Assembly (NCBI GenBank): GCA_051275515.1
Contig: JBNMOT010000004.1
Coordinates: 1,589 to 65,588, forward strand
Direction of reading: 5' to 3'
Length of the DNA: 64,000 nt
From: Oleispira sp.
Lineage (GTDB): Bacteria > Pseudomonadota > Gammaproteobacteria > Pseudomonadales > Oceanobacteraceae
Shown here: positions 44,307 to 55,023 of the stretch, piece after piece
Numbering within the stretch: the stretch's first letter is position 1
Layout: the number at the start of each line of letters is the position of its first letter
Notes under the pieces: model-generated
Told to the model about the DNA's origin: nothing
Database searches by the model: none
What the model saw: the letters and a program-made list of their open reading frames with translations, nothing else
Made by a program: the position numbers and the translations under genes

Positions 44307-45428
44307 CTAACCCTTATTAGGGTTCAATATATACTTTCCACCCGTAGTCTTAGCATTATATTTCTCAATAATTGCTGGCGTCAGTGCTTCTTCAAAAGAC
44401 AGCTCTTCCGTTGATTCAATCGCAAAGGTGGTATTAATCTCATCGGCGACACGCTTATACAACTCGCCTACCTGTGCAGGCGCTAACTTACCCAGGAAAC
44501 GCATTAACAACCAGCCGCCAATACTCCACGACATACCAAATGCACGGTTAAGCAGAGTCGGAGAAAAATCAAGACCTCCGTAGATATACACCTGCTTGTT
44601 ATCTTCTGAGCCATAGGTATTGAAACCCGTCGCCTCTTTACTGCCAACCGCTTCCATTGCCGCTAAAATATCACCCGCCAACTCACCGCCGCCGATCGCG
44701 TCAAATGCCAGTGTTGCACCGGTAGAATCAATGGCCTTGTACAAATCTTTCTTGAATGTGTCACTGGAGGAATTAACAACAAACGTCGCACCCAACTTAG
44801 TTAACAAATCGACCTGCTCTTGCTTACGCACAATATTAACTAATGCTACGCCTTCTTTAATGCAGACCTTATTCAACATAATACCCAAACTGGAAGCCGC
44901 CGCTGTATGAACAAGGGCCGTATGGCCTTCCGTACGCATAGTATGAACCATACCTAATGCCGTTAGCGGATTAACAAACGACGAAGCTGCCGCATGAGGC
45001 GTGGTACCGTCGTGGTGCACAATGCATGCTTGCATTGGCACGCAGCAATACTGGGTATAACTCGCCCCCGATAAAACGGCCACCGTTTTACCCATTAACG
45101 CCTGAGCTTGCTCGCTATCACCGGCGGCGACAACCACACCCGCACCTTCGTTACCAATGGGTAATGTTTGATCTAAACGTGACTTAATACGAGACAGCAT
45201 GCCGGGATAAAGTGGCGCAGTTAATACCGACTTATCATCACTCAATGACGCTTTAGCCAAATTTGCAGGACCAAACATGGGCCACATGTCTGACGGGTTA
45301 ATCGGCGCCGCTTCCATTTTTACCACAATCTCGTGGGCTTTAGGTTTTGGCACATCAACCTCAACTAAACTGAGTGTCAGCTCACCGTCTGATGAAATTT
45401 TGGTAAACAGCTGCTTTGATGTATTCAT
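44307..45428 (-). CDS. MDR-family zinc-independent oxidoreductase (often annotated NADH oxidase)
   Basis: APINPSD, GNEGAG, VNPLTA, HTAAASSLG. Confidence 0.88.
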   Translation of the reverse strand: MNTSKQLFTKISSDGELTLSLVEVDVPKPKAHEIVVKMEAAPINPSDMWPMFGPANLAKASLSDDKSVLTAPLYPGMLSRIKSRLDQTLPIGNEGAGVVVAAGDSEQAQALMGKTVAVLSGASYTQYCCVPMQACIVHHDGTTPHAAASSFVNPLTALGMVHTMRTEGHTALVHTAAASSLGIMLNKVCIKEGVALVNIVRKQEQVDLLTKLGATFVVNSSSDTFKKDLYKAIDSTGATLAFDAIGGGELAGDILAAMEAVGSKEATGFNTYGSEDNKQVYIYGGLDFSPTLLNRAFGMSWSIGGWLLMRFLGKLAPAQVGELYKRVADEINTTFAIESTEELSFEEALTPAIIEKYNAKTTGGKYILNPNKG

Positions 45429-45701
45429 ATTTTATATATCCTTAATGTTGTCCTTCGATTACGGGGTGTCGTATCGCGGCACGAGAATGGTTTTTATTAG
45501 TCGGTTAAAAAACTAACATAAGAACGGAGGGGTTGCGAGTTGATAGAGGTGTTTTGGGACGATATTAAAGCTAGAAAAAATAGTAGACCAGAGGCATATT
45601 CAATTCTAATAAGACTTCTGATATTAGTTCTAAATTAATGATTTACAAGGCTTAGGCAAAATGACCACCAAAATAAATTATAGACTTAATATAATGTTCG
45701 A

Positions 45702-46142
45702 TCACTCTTTTTGCTCTGCCACTAGCGTGAGTGTTCTGTTAGCTGTTAGTTCCTTAGTTGATACTTGGGGATGCATATTTTGGGGCCTAACGCCGTGTTG
45801 AGCGCGTTGTTTGTATATGATTTTATTATCTTCATAGTCTTTTATGATGAACTCTTTTGTACCAAATATACCGTTTGATATTTGTTGAACAACTAGGACG
45901 CCATTATTGTTAATAATATCTAACTCTTTAGCCAATTCAGATGTTTCAATAACCACTAAATTAGAAGCGTAATTATCTTTGTTTTGTGACTGGCTTAGGT
46001 ATATTTTTAAATCACTTTTTTCCAAAATAGCATATTCAGGATTATAGGTTCTGTTTTTAAAAGTACACTCAAAACCGAGAAAATGACTGTACCATTCAAT
46101 CGAAGTTTCTATGTCAAAGACTTGAACACAAGGAAATATCAT
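45702..46142 (-). CDS. VOC/glyoxalase-like protein, possibly with a read-through tail
   Basis: V.DIETSIEWY..FLGF...FGTKEFIIKD.EDNKI; low GC; start MIFPC after a GAGG RBS. Confidence 0.7.
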   Translation of the reverse strand: MIFPCVQVFDIETSIEWYSHFLGFECTFKNRTYNPEYAILEKSDLKIYLSQSQNKDNYASNLVVIETSELAKELDIINNNGVLVVQQISNGIFGTKEFIIKDYEDNKIIYKQRAQHGVRPQNMHPQVSTKELTANRTLTLVAEQKE

Positions 46143-46299
46143 ATGCCCTCTTCTTGCATACAACAGAGGGTTATACAACATGTTGCCGCATAAATTCTTA
46201 TATTTGGAAAAGGCGAACGAAGAGAATTTTTATTTGAAACCATAAGACCGTCCCTGTTAATGATTCACTCAACACTATATTTACCTAACTCTCCTGTCA

Positions 46300-46678
46300 A
46301 ACTCATCTCAACTTGACTTCCTGTTAGGTTATCACTGTATATCGTACTTGCGCCGCTAATCCAATGTCTTTACGCGACGTTACCCTAACAACTGAATCAT
46401 GGCTCACTTATTAATAAATGCACGAGCATTCACATGACGCTTACATATAGCAGACGCATCTATACCTTCGAGTTTTAAACGCCATTTTTAAACGCTGGCC
46501 GAACGCATGCGTTATTTACAGCATAGATCAGGCACCGTCGAGCTATCTTCGTTTTCTTTTAAGATCGATATTATTTTTCTGTCGGTAAATCGTAATATTT
46601 TCATAAAGAAAATTCCTTCACTTAGTGTACGTAACATTTCTACTTATTTCGGCTATTAATTGTCGGGGGGGGATTACA
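46300..46678 (-). mobile_element. IS3-family (IS407-like) remnant: left end and decayed orfA
   Basis: Minus strand starts TGTAATCCCCCC at 46678. ATG at 46604 reads MKILRFTDRKIISILKENEDSSTVPDLC, resembling IS3/IS407 OrfA. Stops follow; left limit approximate. Confidence 0.75.
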
Positions 46679-46754
46679 AAGGAACAAATGGCTGGCTATT
46701 CAACATTTGCCAGCTACGCTTTACTCATCACAATGGGACTTAAATTCTTATCAT

Positions 46755-47786
46755 ATGATCAACGTAGATAAACTTTTGAATCAAACTATTAATAAGGCAA
46801 CACCGATTTTAATAGTTTTGATAGGCTGTGGTTTAGTCGCCACTCTTGCTATTGCATACATTAATTTCTCAAAACCTAAAATGACCACGGTAGGAATCTC
46901 TCGATGGGGATCCAATCCAGAGTTTGATCGTAGTATTGAGGGCTTTAAAGAAGGCTTAAGGCTAAAGGGTTACATTGAAGGGGAAAACATCCAGTTTATC
47001 GAAAAAAACCCAGAAGCAGATTTGGCTAATCAACGCAAAATCATCGAAGGGTTTATTCACCAACAAGTCGATTTAATCTTTACGTTGACCACCCCCGGCA
47101 CAAGCATCGCTAAAGAACTCACAGAAAAAATGCAAAGCCCTATTCCGGTTGTTTTTTCGGTCTGCACCTACCCTGTAGAGTCGAATTTAATTGCATCGTT
47201 AGACAATTCAGCAAACAACCTAGTCGGCACCCGTAATTATGTGCCTTTTGCTCAGCAATATTATGTTTTTGAACAACTATTTCCAGATACCAAATCACTG
47301 GCGGTTGTGCGGCGCACAGGAGAATCAAACTCTACCAATCAGCTAAAAGAGATTAAAGCTACACTAGGGGAGCGTGGCATCACAATTATCGATATTGCGG
47401 CAGTAGATCTAGAGGATGTCAAACGTCAGCTCCAGATAAATGCAGCTAATATGGATGCTATTTTCTCCACTTGCGATACGTTGACCCACGACGGCGGTGA
47501 ACAGATCATTGCTGAATTTGGTATACATCATAAAATACCGTCGTTTGCTTGTAACAAAGAAGGCGTACTCAATGGCTTGTTAGTGGGAAACATTGGTGAT
47601 TTCAAGGCTATCGCAACCATATCTGGGAAACAGACCGGGCAAATTCTTGACGGGGCTGCTCCAGCCTGGCTGAAGACAGAATCCCCTAGAGACAGCTACA
47701 TTGTTCTTAATTCAACAACCGCCAATCTTCTAGAAGTGAATATCAGCCCAGTGTTCTTAGATAGAGTAAAGGAAATCACCCAATAG
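46755..47786 (+). CDS. ABC-type substrate-binding protein (orphan, TM-anchored)
   Basis: GFKEGL..GY.EG.N, VDLIFT..TP, IPVVFS, NLVG pattern; no permease or ATPase nearby. Confidence 0.8.
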   Translation: MINVDKLLNQTINKATPILIVLIGCGLVATLAIAYINFSKPKMTTVGISRWGSNPEFDRSIEGFKEGLRLKGYIEGENIQFIEKNPEADLANQRKIIEGFIHQQVDLIFTLTTPGTSIAKELTEKMQSPIPVVFSVCTYPVESNLIASLDNSANNLVGTRNYVPFAQQYYVFEQLFPDTKSLAVVRRTGESNSTNQLKEIKATLGERGITIIDIAAVDLEDVKRQLQINAANMDAIFSTCDTLTHDGGEQIIAEFGIHHKIPSFACNKEGVLNGLLVGNIGDFKAIATISGKQTGQILDGAAPAWLKTESPRDSYIVLNSTTANLLEVNISPVFLDRVKEITQ

Positions 47787-50324
47787 ATGAAAATATTTGC
47801 AAAACTTATTCTTGGCTTTTTGATTGTTTCTATCTTGGCGGGGCTGATCGGATACTTAGGCCTGCGGCAATTGGAAGGCATTGCCAGTCTTCTTAATAAT
47901 GACGTTACGTCCAGTATCGATGAGTACCAAACTCATTCGAACATAGATCGCTTGACTGATCATATTGAATACGTACAAGAAATTCTCATTCATAGCGCTA
48001 ACCAATACGCGTTTACCCAGAAAAAACACTGGAAACAACGTTATTTCGCGTTTTCATATGAAATGAATCCGGCAATTACTGCTTTGATCGGCAGAAGTAA
48101 TCTAGAAGACAAGCTTTTTTTCAAGCAAGCCAAAAATGCAAGGGTCGCACAAGCCAAGATAGAGCTTGCCGCTATCAATAGGGTCAACGAGGGCAATGTT
48201 CTTGCTGCACTTACCGCTTTAGAAGATGAGACCTACAGAATAAATACTCAAAATTTTGATAATGCGCTGCGCGACTATCGCCTCAGCAACCGGCGTGCTG
48301 GTCAAAGCTTAATATCGATAAGGTTGGCAGCCAAGCAAGCTCAAGTTACCGTACAAAAAAGTCAGCAATTATTGGCGGCCTTTATTGTCTTCACCCTGCT
48401 AATCGCGGTCACCATCGGGTTATTAATAACTCGTTCAATTACACGACCATTAGCCGGTTTAACTCGACATTTAGAACTGTTTGAGTCCGGTAGTTTTGGC
48501 GGCCAAATTAAACTTGCTAACAAACCATTAGGCTTGCCATTTTATCAATTTCTAATGAAGCGGTTCCCCCGTGTTTTCCGCAATGAAATGACCGAGTTTA
48601 GCCTGTCGTTTAATCATATGAGCAAGGTATTAGAAGAAAGCGTAGTGTCTAGAGACTACATGGATAACATTATTGAAAGTATTGCAGATGGCCTCTTTAC
48701 CTTTAACGCCGATGGTTTAATTCTGTCCCATAACCATGCAATCAGAACCATGTTCGATTATCAAAACGACACCATTGTTGGCTCAAACATTGAGAAATTT
48801 ATCAACGGGACAAGTCAAAGCGGTCGTAATCTGGATAATTACATGACAAGCGACCAGGTTACCGAGGTTGAAGGCGTGCGAAACAATGGCGACCTATTCC
48901 CTTTGGAAATATCGGTCAGTGAAATAAATATCGACAATATCAAACGTTTTGTCTGCATAAGCCGTGACATCACCGAACGTAAAAATGCGGAAGTGGCATT
49001 GCTGGACGCTAAAAGTAATGCCGAAGCCGCAAGCCAAGCGAAGAGCGAATTTTTAGCCAATATGAGTCACGAAATTCGCACCCCAATGAATGGCGTCATC
49101 GGCATGACCCATTTATTGCTCAAAACCTCGTTAGACGAAAAGCAGGAACTCTACGCCAGTACCGTTGAGTCCAGTGCAGATTCATTGTTAACCATTATTA
49201 ATGACATCCTCGACTTTTCCAAAATTGAAGCCGGCATGCTGGAGTTAGAACTCATTGATTTCGACTTGGCCGCTCTAACCCACGAAATTGGCAGAACGAT
49301 GTCATTCCAAGCCAATGCAAAAGGGCTAAAGTTGATCTGTCCTGTCAACCCGATTGAGCAATTGTGGGTCCACGCAGATTCTGGACGTATCCGCCAGATT
49401 ATCAATAATCTGATCGGCAATGCGCTCAAGTTTACTCCGCAGGGGGAAGTCTCCGTGCACTATACTCTGCAGACCGGATCTGCAGAGGCGTGTAATCAAG
49501 TGCGTTTTGAAATTACCGACACTGGCATTGGTCTCAGCTTAGAACAGCAGACAACGCTTTTTGAACGCTTCAGTCAGGCAGATGAATCAACCACTCGACA
49601 GTATGGTGGCACAGGTCTTGGACTATCGATTTGTAAGCAGTTAGTCACACTGATGGACGGTGAGATTGGTGTTGAAAGTGCAGAAGGTAAAGGTTCAACG
49701 TTTTGGTTCACGCTCGATCTTGCGAATGCCATAAATGTGCCCAGTGCAAATAAGACCATTGCAAATAAGACCATTACAAATAAGACCATTGCAAATAAGA
49801 CCATCATCAGCGGCAACGACATAAAAAACGACCCTATTAAAAAGGAGCCTGGGCTCAATGGCCGCGTCCTAATCGTAGAAGACAATGCCACCAATCAAAA
49901 GGTATCACAATTATTACTCGATAAACTTGGTATCCACGCGGACATAGCTTGCAACGGTTTGGAAGCATTACAGGTCCTTGAAAACCAACCTTATGACCTA
50001 GTTCTTATGGACTGTTTGATGCCGGTAATGGATGGCTTTAAAGCAAGTCGAAAAATTCGAGAATCTGATTCAAAGGTGCTGAACAGGTCCATTCCAATTG
50101 TTGCGTTGACCGCGAGTACGATGAAACAAGACCAAGAGAAATGTCTTGCTGCTGGTATGAATGACTTTCTCTCTAAACCTGTAGAAGTAGATAAACTTCA
50201 ACAGGCGTTGCTAAGCTGGTTACCCAAAACAGAATCCGAAAAATTGAGCCGGGTAATTGATTTTAAATGGCACCCTGCTTCTGACTCTCCCCTTGATTGT
50301 AAGGCGACAAAGGCGCTAAGTTGA
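47787..50324 (+). CDS. hybrid sensor kinase (TM-HAMP-PAS-HisKA-HATPase-REC)
   Basis: [34 protein letters not shown]. Confidence 0.93.
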   Translation: MKIFAKLILGFLIVSILAGLIGYLGLRQLEGIASLLNNDVTSSIDEYQTHSNIDRLTDHIEYVQEILIHSANQYAFTQKKHWKQRYFAFSYEMNPAITALIGRSNLEDKLFFKQAKNARVAQAKIELAAINRVNEGNVLAALTALEDETYRINTQNFDNALRDYRLSNRRAGQSLISIRLAAKQAQVTVQKSQQLLAAFIVFTLLIAVTIGLLITRSITRPLAGLTRHLELFESGSFGGQIKLANKPLGLPFYQFLMKRFPRVFRNEMTEFSLSFNHMSKVLEESVVSRDYMDNIIESIADGLFTFNADGLILSHNHAIRTMFDYQNDTIVGSNIEKFINGTSQSGRNLDNYMTSDQVTEVEGVRNNGDLFPLEISVSEINIDNIKRFVCISRDITERKNAEVALLDAKSNAEAASQAKSEFLANMSHEIRTPMNGVIGMTHLLLKTSLDEKQELYASTVESSADSLLTIINDILDFSKIEAGMLELELIDFDLAALTHEIGRTMSFQANAKGLKLICPVNPIEQLWVHADSGRIRQIINNLIGNALKFTPQGEVSVHYTLQTGSAEACNQVRFEITDTGIGLSLEQQTTLFERFSQADESTTRQYGGTGLGLSICKQLVTLMDGEIGVESAEGKGSTFWFTLDLANAINVPSANKTIANKTITNKTIANKTIISGNDIKNDPIKKEPGLNGRVLIVEDNATNQKVSQLLLDKLGIHADIACNGLEALQVLENQPYDLVLMDCLMPVMDGFKASRKIRESDSKVLNRSIPIVALTASTMKQDQEKCLAAGMNDFLSKPVEVDKLQQALLSWLPKTESEKLSRVIDFKWHPASDSPLDCKATKALS
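49746..49805 (+). repeat. 15-bp in-frame tandem repeat x4 (ANKTI)
   Basis: GCAAATAAGACCATT units in the kinase-receiver linker. Confidence 0.9.
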
Positions 50325-50485
50325 TTGACCTGTTAGCTTGACGATTCATTGGCTTGCGTACAAGACCATCGTAATGTTGAGAATAGCCCCCACCACTAAT
50401 GCTTTCTTTTCTACTGACACATCAGTCATACACACTTCCAAAAAATAAACCCAGCATCGCCTTTTATTCCTGCATAAGTAATGTC

Positions 50486-51363
50486 GGTGCCGCCGCATAC
50501 ATACTAATGAGGCTTTCAAAATGAGACTTATTTTCCATATTTAAGTACTAACTTATAATTTCATAACGCCAAGTTGTAGAGTAAAGCGAGACTAGTTACC
50601 CACATATAATTACATGACTCTATGTTTGCAGAGCCAGCGGCTAAAGTAATGAATTTTAATTTAGCGTTCGCATCCATTCCATCATCCGATTAACGCACGA
50701 TAACCTAGCCTGCTTATCCATATTCACATCCTACGCGGCTGCTCTTTTATACGTCAGCCCAACAGGTCTTAGAAGGATTTCTTTTTATCGTGAGAGGATA
50801 AAAAACGTTGGTATTTATCACGAATGATCTTAGAAATGAATAAAATAGAATTTAAAAATAAAAAATTTTCTAAGCCGTAGTGAAAATGCTGTGCTCACCC
50901 AAATGCTAACAGCGTTGATATCTTACTTATGGATTAAGTTGATAAAATTGAAGATTTTTTTGAAGACTTCCCGTTAAGCATGGAGGAGCTGCCCAGCAAA
51001 CAACTCATACACAGGGATGTCATTGTCATCCAACATGCCCATGGCTTCGGGGTAGCCAACCACATGCTGGTATAAACCTTGTGCCAAATAGTTAAACAAC
51101 AAAGGCTTAAATCGACCTTGTATAGGCTCAGCGTCAGCTTCAATTTGTTGATAGCCTTTACGCCACGACTTGGCCAGCATGGCCGTGATCATTGCAAACA
51201 CAATCGGCCCTGGCAACAGAAATTCGGACTTGTATAACAAGAACAACTTGCGCAGCGATTTTTGATTCCAGGCATGGGGGGCTACATCTAAGGAGTTAGC
51301 CACACGAAGGCACTCACCCTCTGCAAAGCGCTGATCAGAATACGTGGCGAAGTCTTTATTACC
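50486..51363. repeat. long direct repeat, copy B (PaaI 5' remnant, intergenic region, 3' end of the intact lipase)
   Basis: Matches 38508-39322. Confidence 0.93.
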
Positions 51364-51996
51364 TGCAGAAGGGCCCGCAAAAGCAACCGTCGATATTTTT
51401 GCGCTCTCAGGTAATTCTTCGCCCTGTATATCCTTCAACCACAAAGCCAGTGTCGGCGCTAAAGCGCCGCCCAGGCTATGCCCCGTCACACAGATATCAA
51501 CCGCGTCTTTACCCACAATGTCGCCCTGTAAAAATTCTAATAAGCTCTTATCTTCTCCAGGTACGCCGGGTTCTGCAATCATTTCCTGTAATTTTGTGAT
51601 GCCAATTTCAGTGCTCTTAGAAATTTTTGGTTTCAACTTAACCGCAGGTTTTCCGTACTGCCACGGCACCATGCTGGTCACTTGAAAATCTTCTATTAAC
51701 CAGTCTTTCAGCCCCACGGGGTTAGTGCCGCGTATGCCGACAACATAGCGTGACGGATCTTTAATATTGCGCACCAAATACATTAAGTTGTCATCAAACA
51801 AGGCAAGGTCGAAGATAAATACTCCCGGCCCCCAGACCAACTCCCATTCATCTTTAACAGGTGCCCAACTGGTTAGGGCATGCTTAATATCTTTCTCAAT
51901 TTTTTGTGCATTACACTTATCAGTGCCAATTAAATCAAAACCATAATAAGACATATAAGCAAAGGCCAACATGGTTTGGCTTTTTGAATAACTCAT
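50974..51996 (-). CDS. class-3 lipase (alpha/beta hydrolase)
   Basis: VVGIRGT, TGHSLGG nucleophile elbow, FAGPSAGN, DVAP, C-terminal QH; start MSYSK with AAGGA RBS. Confidence 0.9.
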   Translation of the reverse strand: MSYSKSQTMLAFAYMSYYGFDLIGTDKCNAQKIEKDIKHALTSWAPVKDEWELVWGPGVFIFDLALFDDNLMYLVRNIKDPSRYVVGIRGTNPVGLKDWLIEDFQVTSMVPWQYGKPAVKLKPKISKSTEIGITKLQEMIAEPGVPGEDKSLLEFLQGDIVGKDAVDICVTGHSLGGALAPTLALWLKDIQGEELPESAKISTVAFAGPSAGNKDFATYSDQRFAEGECLRVANSLDVAPHAWNQKSLRKLFLLYKSEFLLPGPIVFAMITAMLAKSWRKGYQQIEADAEPIQGRFKPLLFNYLAQGLYQHVVGYPEAMGMLDDNDIPVYELFAGQLLHA

Positions 51997-52074
51997 GATT
52001 ATTTCCTTTTTATTCAGACACAGTAAACCCTCCATCAAGCGAATGCTTAACAGAGGGAGCGCCTATAGCGTTAA

Positions 52075-54696
52075 TTAATAACCAGGTCCGGTATGCAATA
52101 CTGAAGGCACTGCACGGAAATAATTGTAGTTGCGCTGCTTATCTTCTTCGGTGGTATTCCACTCAGCCTCTAACTTAGCAAGATCTTCTTGCAGCTGGTT
52201 AAACACCTTGTGCATGTCGTCCTTATACTTCGCATCGACACCATTGAGCAGGTTAGTAAAGTCACCTTTTAATAGCGTGAATCTAGCCTTGCCGGTTGCC
52301 AATGCCACGAATGCCAAAGAGCGCCATTCATTAATAGCGGGGGTGCCGCCATCCATAGGCACTTGAGTCTTGCTAATGCGAGGGTCCAGAGCCGCACGAA
52401 TACCGGTTGTGCCATAAACTTGGTGACGAACAACCGCGTGGTGAATAGTGTCCGAAGCAAAGCGTGCAACACCCGCCTTAGTCTGGAAGCCATCGTAACG
52501 CGCAGGTAAACCCTTGATCATGGTTTGTAACAAGCCAGCGTGGAAATCTTGCAAGTACTTATCCGCTTTAACCGCAGCGTCATCCGCATAAATAATATTG
52601 ATTAATGCAGTGGTGTAGCCATTCCAGATTTTAGCGTAGTCTAACTCCCACTTAATACAGGAATTCGGTAATAGCTTGCCGGGCTTACCCGCAGAACGCT
52701 TCATAGTCAGCATCGCAGCACGCGCTTCAAAGTCTTCATCTGCACCATACTCAAAGTTGGAGTAGCAGTCGTTTAGGTGGTGCACCAAGCTATCATGGGT
52801 GGTCGCAAAAATTTGACTAAATACCGCGCCCTCTTGAACCAAGTGCTCGGTCGTAATTTCTTCCGCCAGCTCATGCGCAAAGAAGTGCAAATACATGAAT
52901 GTTCTGAATGGATGCGCCCACTGCCCTTGCGCCTCAAAGGCGTCATGCATAGCCACTTCAACCAGGTTATAAGTCATGTGTATTTCAGCCAAGTGCTTAC
53001 CGCTGATTACTTGATAATACATAGACGCTAATACCAAGCTTTCTGCACGACGAAAGCTAGGGCTGCGCGGATCGGCTGGCAATGCATCAGTGGAGTGAGG
53101 TGCCACGACAGAAATCAATTCCAAACGCTGTAATGTACTATTTACTATAAAATAAGCCTGACCCCCATAAGACTCATAGTCGGGCTTGGTTTCATAGTTT
53201 TCTAAAAAGCGGAAATCAATGGTCAACATACCCTTTCCCATTTCTGGTGCAGGCTTTAAAAATGGTGATGCCACACCTGACTCGGCTAAGTACGCCAACA
53301 GCTGACCTTCTTTAAAAGCGGCAATAGCAGGCTCAGGCGCTGTGTCCATCTTTCCGCCATCAGGTAGACGTAAACCAAATATTTTCTTTGTAAACAAGGC
53401 GGGCCAATATTCAGAACCGTTGCTCCAAATAGCCATACGCTTTTTATTGGTCAATCGGATTTTAACATTCGCCTGAGGCAGGTAGTGATCCAGTATCGCC
53501 ATCACAGAAAAAGCTGCTCTTGCTGTTTTTACCAACTTTTTAAACAAGGTGACCGTTTCCTCAATGTTCACCACAGCAGGAATACTCAAACGCTGTAGTA
53601 AAAACTCGGGGTGCGCTTGGTAGTATGGCTTCAGTTTAGTCTTTTCAGGTGGCTTTTTCCCACCGTATACTTCCGTCAAGTTAAACGGGTGAGGGAAACG
53701 ATCAGCACTCACCAAAACAAAGTACAGCGGCGACCAAATCACATTACTCAGCATCTCTAGGAAACCCCCTAGCGTCTTCGGCAACAATACCGCAATTAAC
53801 ACCAGACCAGCAATACAGGCACCAATAAAGCCCCACAAGGCCAAAGAACCCTCTGGTAAGAACACTGCAACTGACTGAGAAAAGTCAATGTCTGCAGCGG
53901 TAACTTTTAAAATTGTGCTGTACAGTAGAACAGCAGCAATAGTACTAATAGTATGGAAGGCTGTGCTTTTCCAGGGAGTAGCGGTACCAATCAGCAATGC
54001 CGTTAGCTGCAATGCCGCTTGTCCCACTAGCAACCACGCAATAATATTTTCACCTAGTGGCATTGTACCGGTGAACACCATTATTATTTGCGCAACCTGA
54101 ATACCTGCCAGCACTAATGGCACAAGGGCCTGAGCACCGCCAAAGAACAAAGCAAAGCCAAAACCAAAGCAGGCGCCGCCCGCAAGATAGAGCATGGCAA
54201 AGCGCACGTCTGCATGAGTCACAATCATACAAGTAATAAAGAAAAAGATAGTAGTAACCACAGGGGCTAAATTTAATAGGCGAAGATTTAAAATAAATAC
54301 ACCAAACTTAGTTCGCGTTTGCTGAAAGGCATGACCGCTCAGTAACAAAACCAGTTCAAACAACATACCCAAAACACTACCGATGAGAATGAACAAGAAA
54401 GGCACCCACGTCCACGCGGCCATATTCGCCTCAGCCTGAGGTGGTTTCAAAAAGGTAAACAAATCACCCAGCCAAGCCAAGCCCGTAACAGCAGGATTGA
54501 ACAGCTGAATAAACATCACGCTAGACAGCGTTGCCATAAACAATAAACTCAATATAGAAAAAATTGAGGGCAAGATTGGATAAGTAGGCTGTTCTGGTTT
54601 TTGAAAGCGGACGTCATCCGCATATTGGATAGGTATAGGTGATGCAGTATGTTGCCCTGCATCATCCATCAGTTGAACTGCGGTTTCCTTTTTCAT
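52075..54696 (-). CDS. divergent lipoxygenase fused to an N-terminal multi-pass membrane domain
   Basis: KHLAEIH (HxxxxH), HPFRTFMYLH, IYADDAAVKADKYLQ, IHHAVVRHQ; about 9-10 hydrophobic segments in residues ~40-330. Confidence 0.78.
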   Translation of the reverse strand: MKKETAVQLMDDAGQHTASPIPIQYADDVRFQKPEQPTYPILPSIFSILSLLFMATLSSVMFIQLFNPAVTGLAWLGDLFTFLKPPQAEANMAAWTWVPFLFILIGSVLGMLFELVLLLSGHAFQQTRTKFGVFILNLRLLNLAPVVTTIFFFITCMIVTHADVRFAMLYLAGGACFGFGFALFFGGAQALVPLVLAGIQVAQIIMVFTGTMPLGENIIAWLLVGQAALQLTALLIGTATPWKSTAFHTISTIAAVLLYSTILKVTAADIDFSQSVAVFLPEGSLALWGFIGACIAGLVLIAVLLPKTLGGFLEMLSNVIWSPLYFVLVSADRFPHPFNLTEVYGGKKPPEKTKLKPYYQAHPEFLLQRLSIPAVVNIEETVTLFKKLVKTARAAFSVMAILDHYLPQANVKIRLTNKKRMAIWSNGSEYWPALFTKKIFGLRLPDGGKMDTAPEPAIAAFKEGQLLAYLAESGVASPFLKPAPEMGKGMLTIDFRFLENYETKPDYESYGGQAYFIVNSTLQRLELISVVAPHSTDALPADPRSPSFRRAESLVLASMYYQVISGKHLAEIHMTYNLVEVAMHDAFEAQGQWAHPFRTFMYLHFFAHELAEEITTEHLVQEGAVFSQIFATTHDSLVHHLNDCYSNFEYGADEDFEARAAMLTMKRSAGKPGKLLPNSCIKWELDYAKIWNGYTTALINIIYADDAAVKADKYLQDFHAGLLQTMIKGLPARYDGFQTKAGVARFASDTIHHAVVRHQVYGTTGIRAALDPRISKTQVPMDGGTPAINEWRSLAFVALATGKARFTLLKGDFTNLLNGVDAKYKDDMHKVFNQLQEDLAKLEAEWNTTEEDKQRNYNYFRAVPSVLHTGPGY

Positions 54697-54930
54697 GTAA
54701 GTCCCTTTTGTTTATTTGTTATTTAAGTGAAAGTTTTCTGATTATTACTAACCAAAACTGGGGTCACCATAGCAGAACATGAAGATCAACAGCCAATATA
54801 TTTTTTATTTCTCAGCGTACAACTGTGCACAAAAAATTACGCCTGATCACTATCTTACTAGCGTCCTGAGGCCGCGCTTAAACCAAAATAGAACGAGCGC
54901 CTGTCAGATAATTACCTAACAGGATTTGTA

Positions 54931-54984
54931 TTTTTATTATTTTTATTATTTTTATTATTTTTATTATTTTTATTATTTTTATTA
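54931..54984. repeat. 9-bp microsatellite (TTTTTATTA)x6
   Basis: Six perfect units in the LOX/lipase divergent intergenic region. Confidence 0.92.
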
Positions 54985-55023
54985 TAGACTCACTATGGAA
55001 TATAAAATCACAAGGACGGAAAT

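Noticed and set aside
50395-50427. Possible remnant of the cytochrome c 3' end (cf. 43587-43622)
   Set aside because: Only about 30 bp of gapped AT-rich similarity; cannot be distinguished from chance by eye
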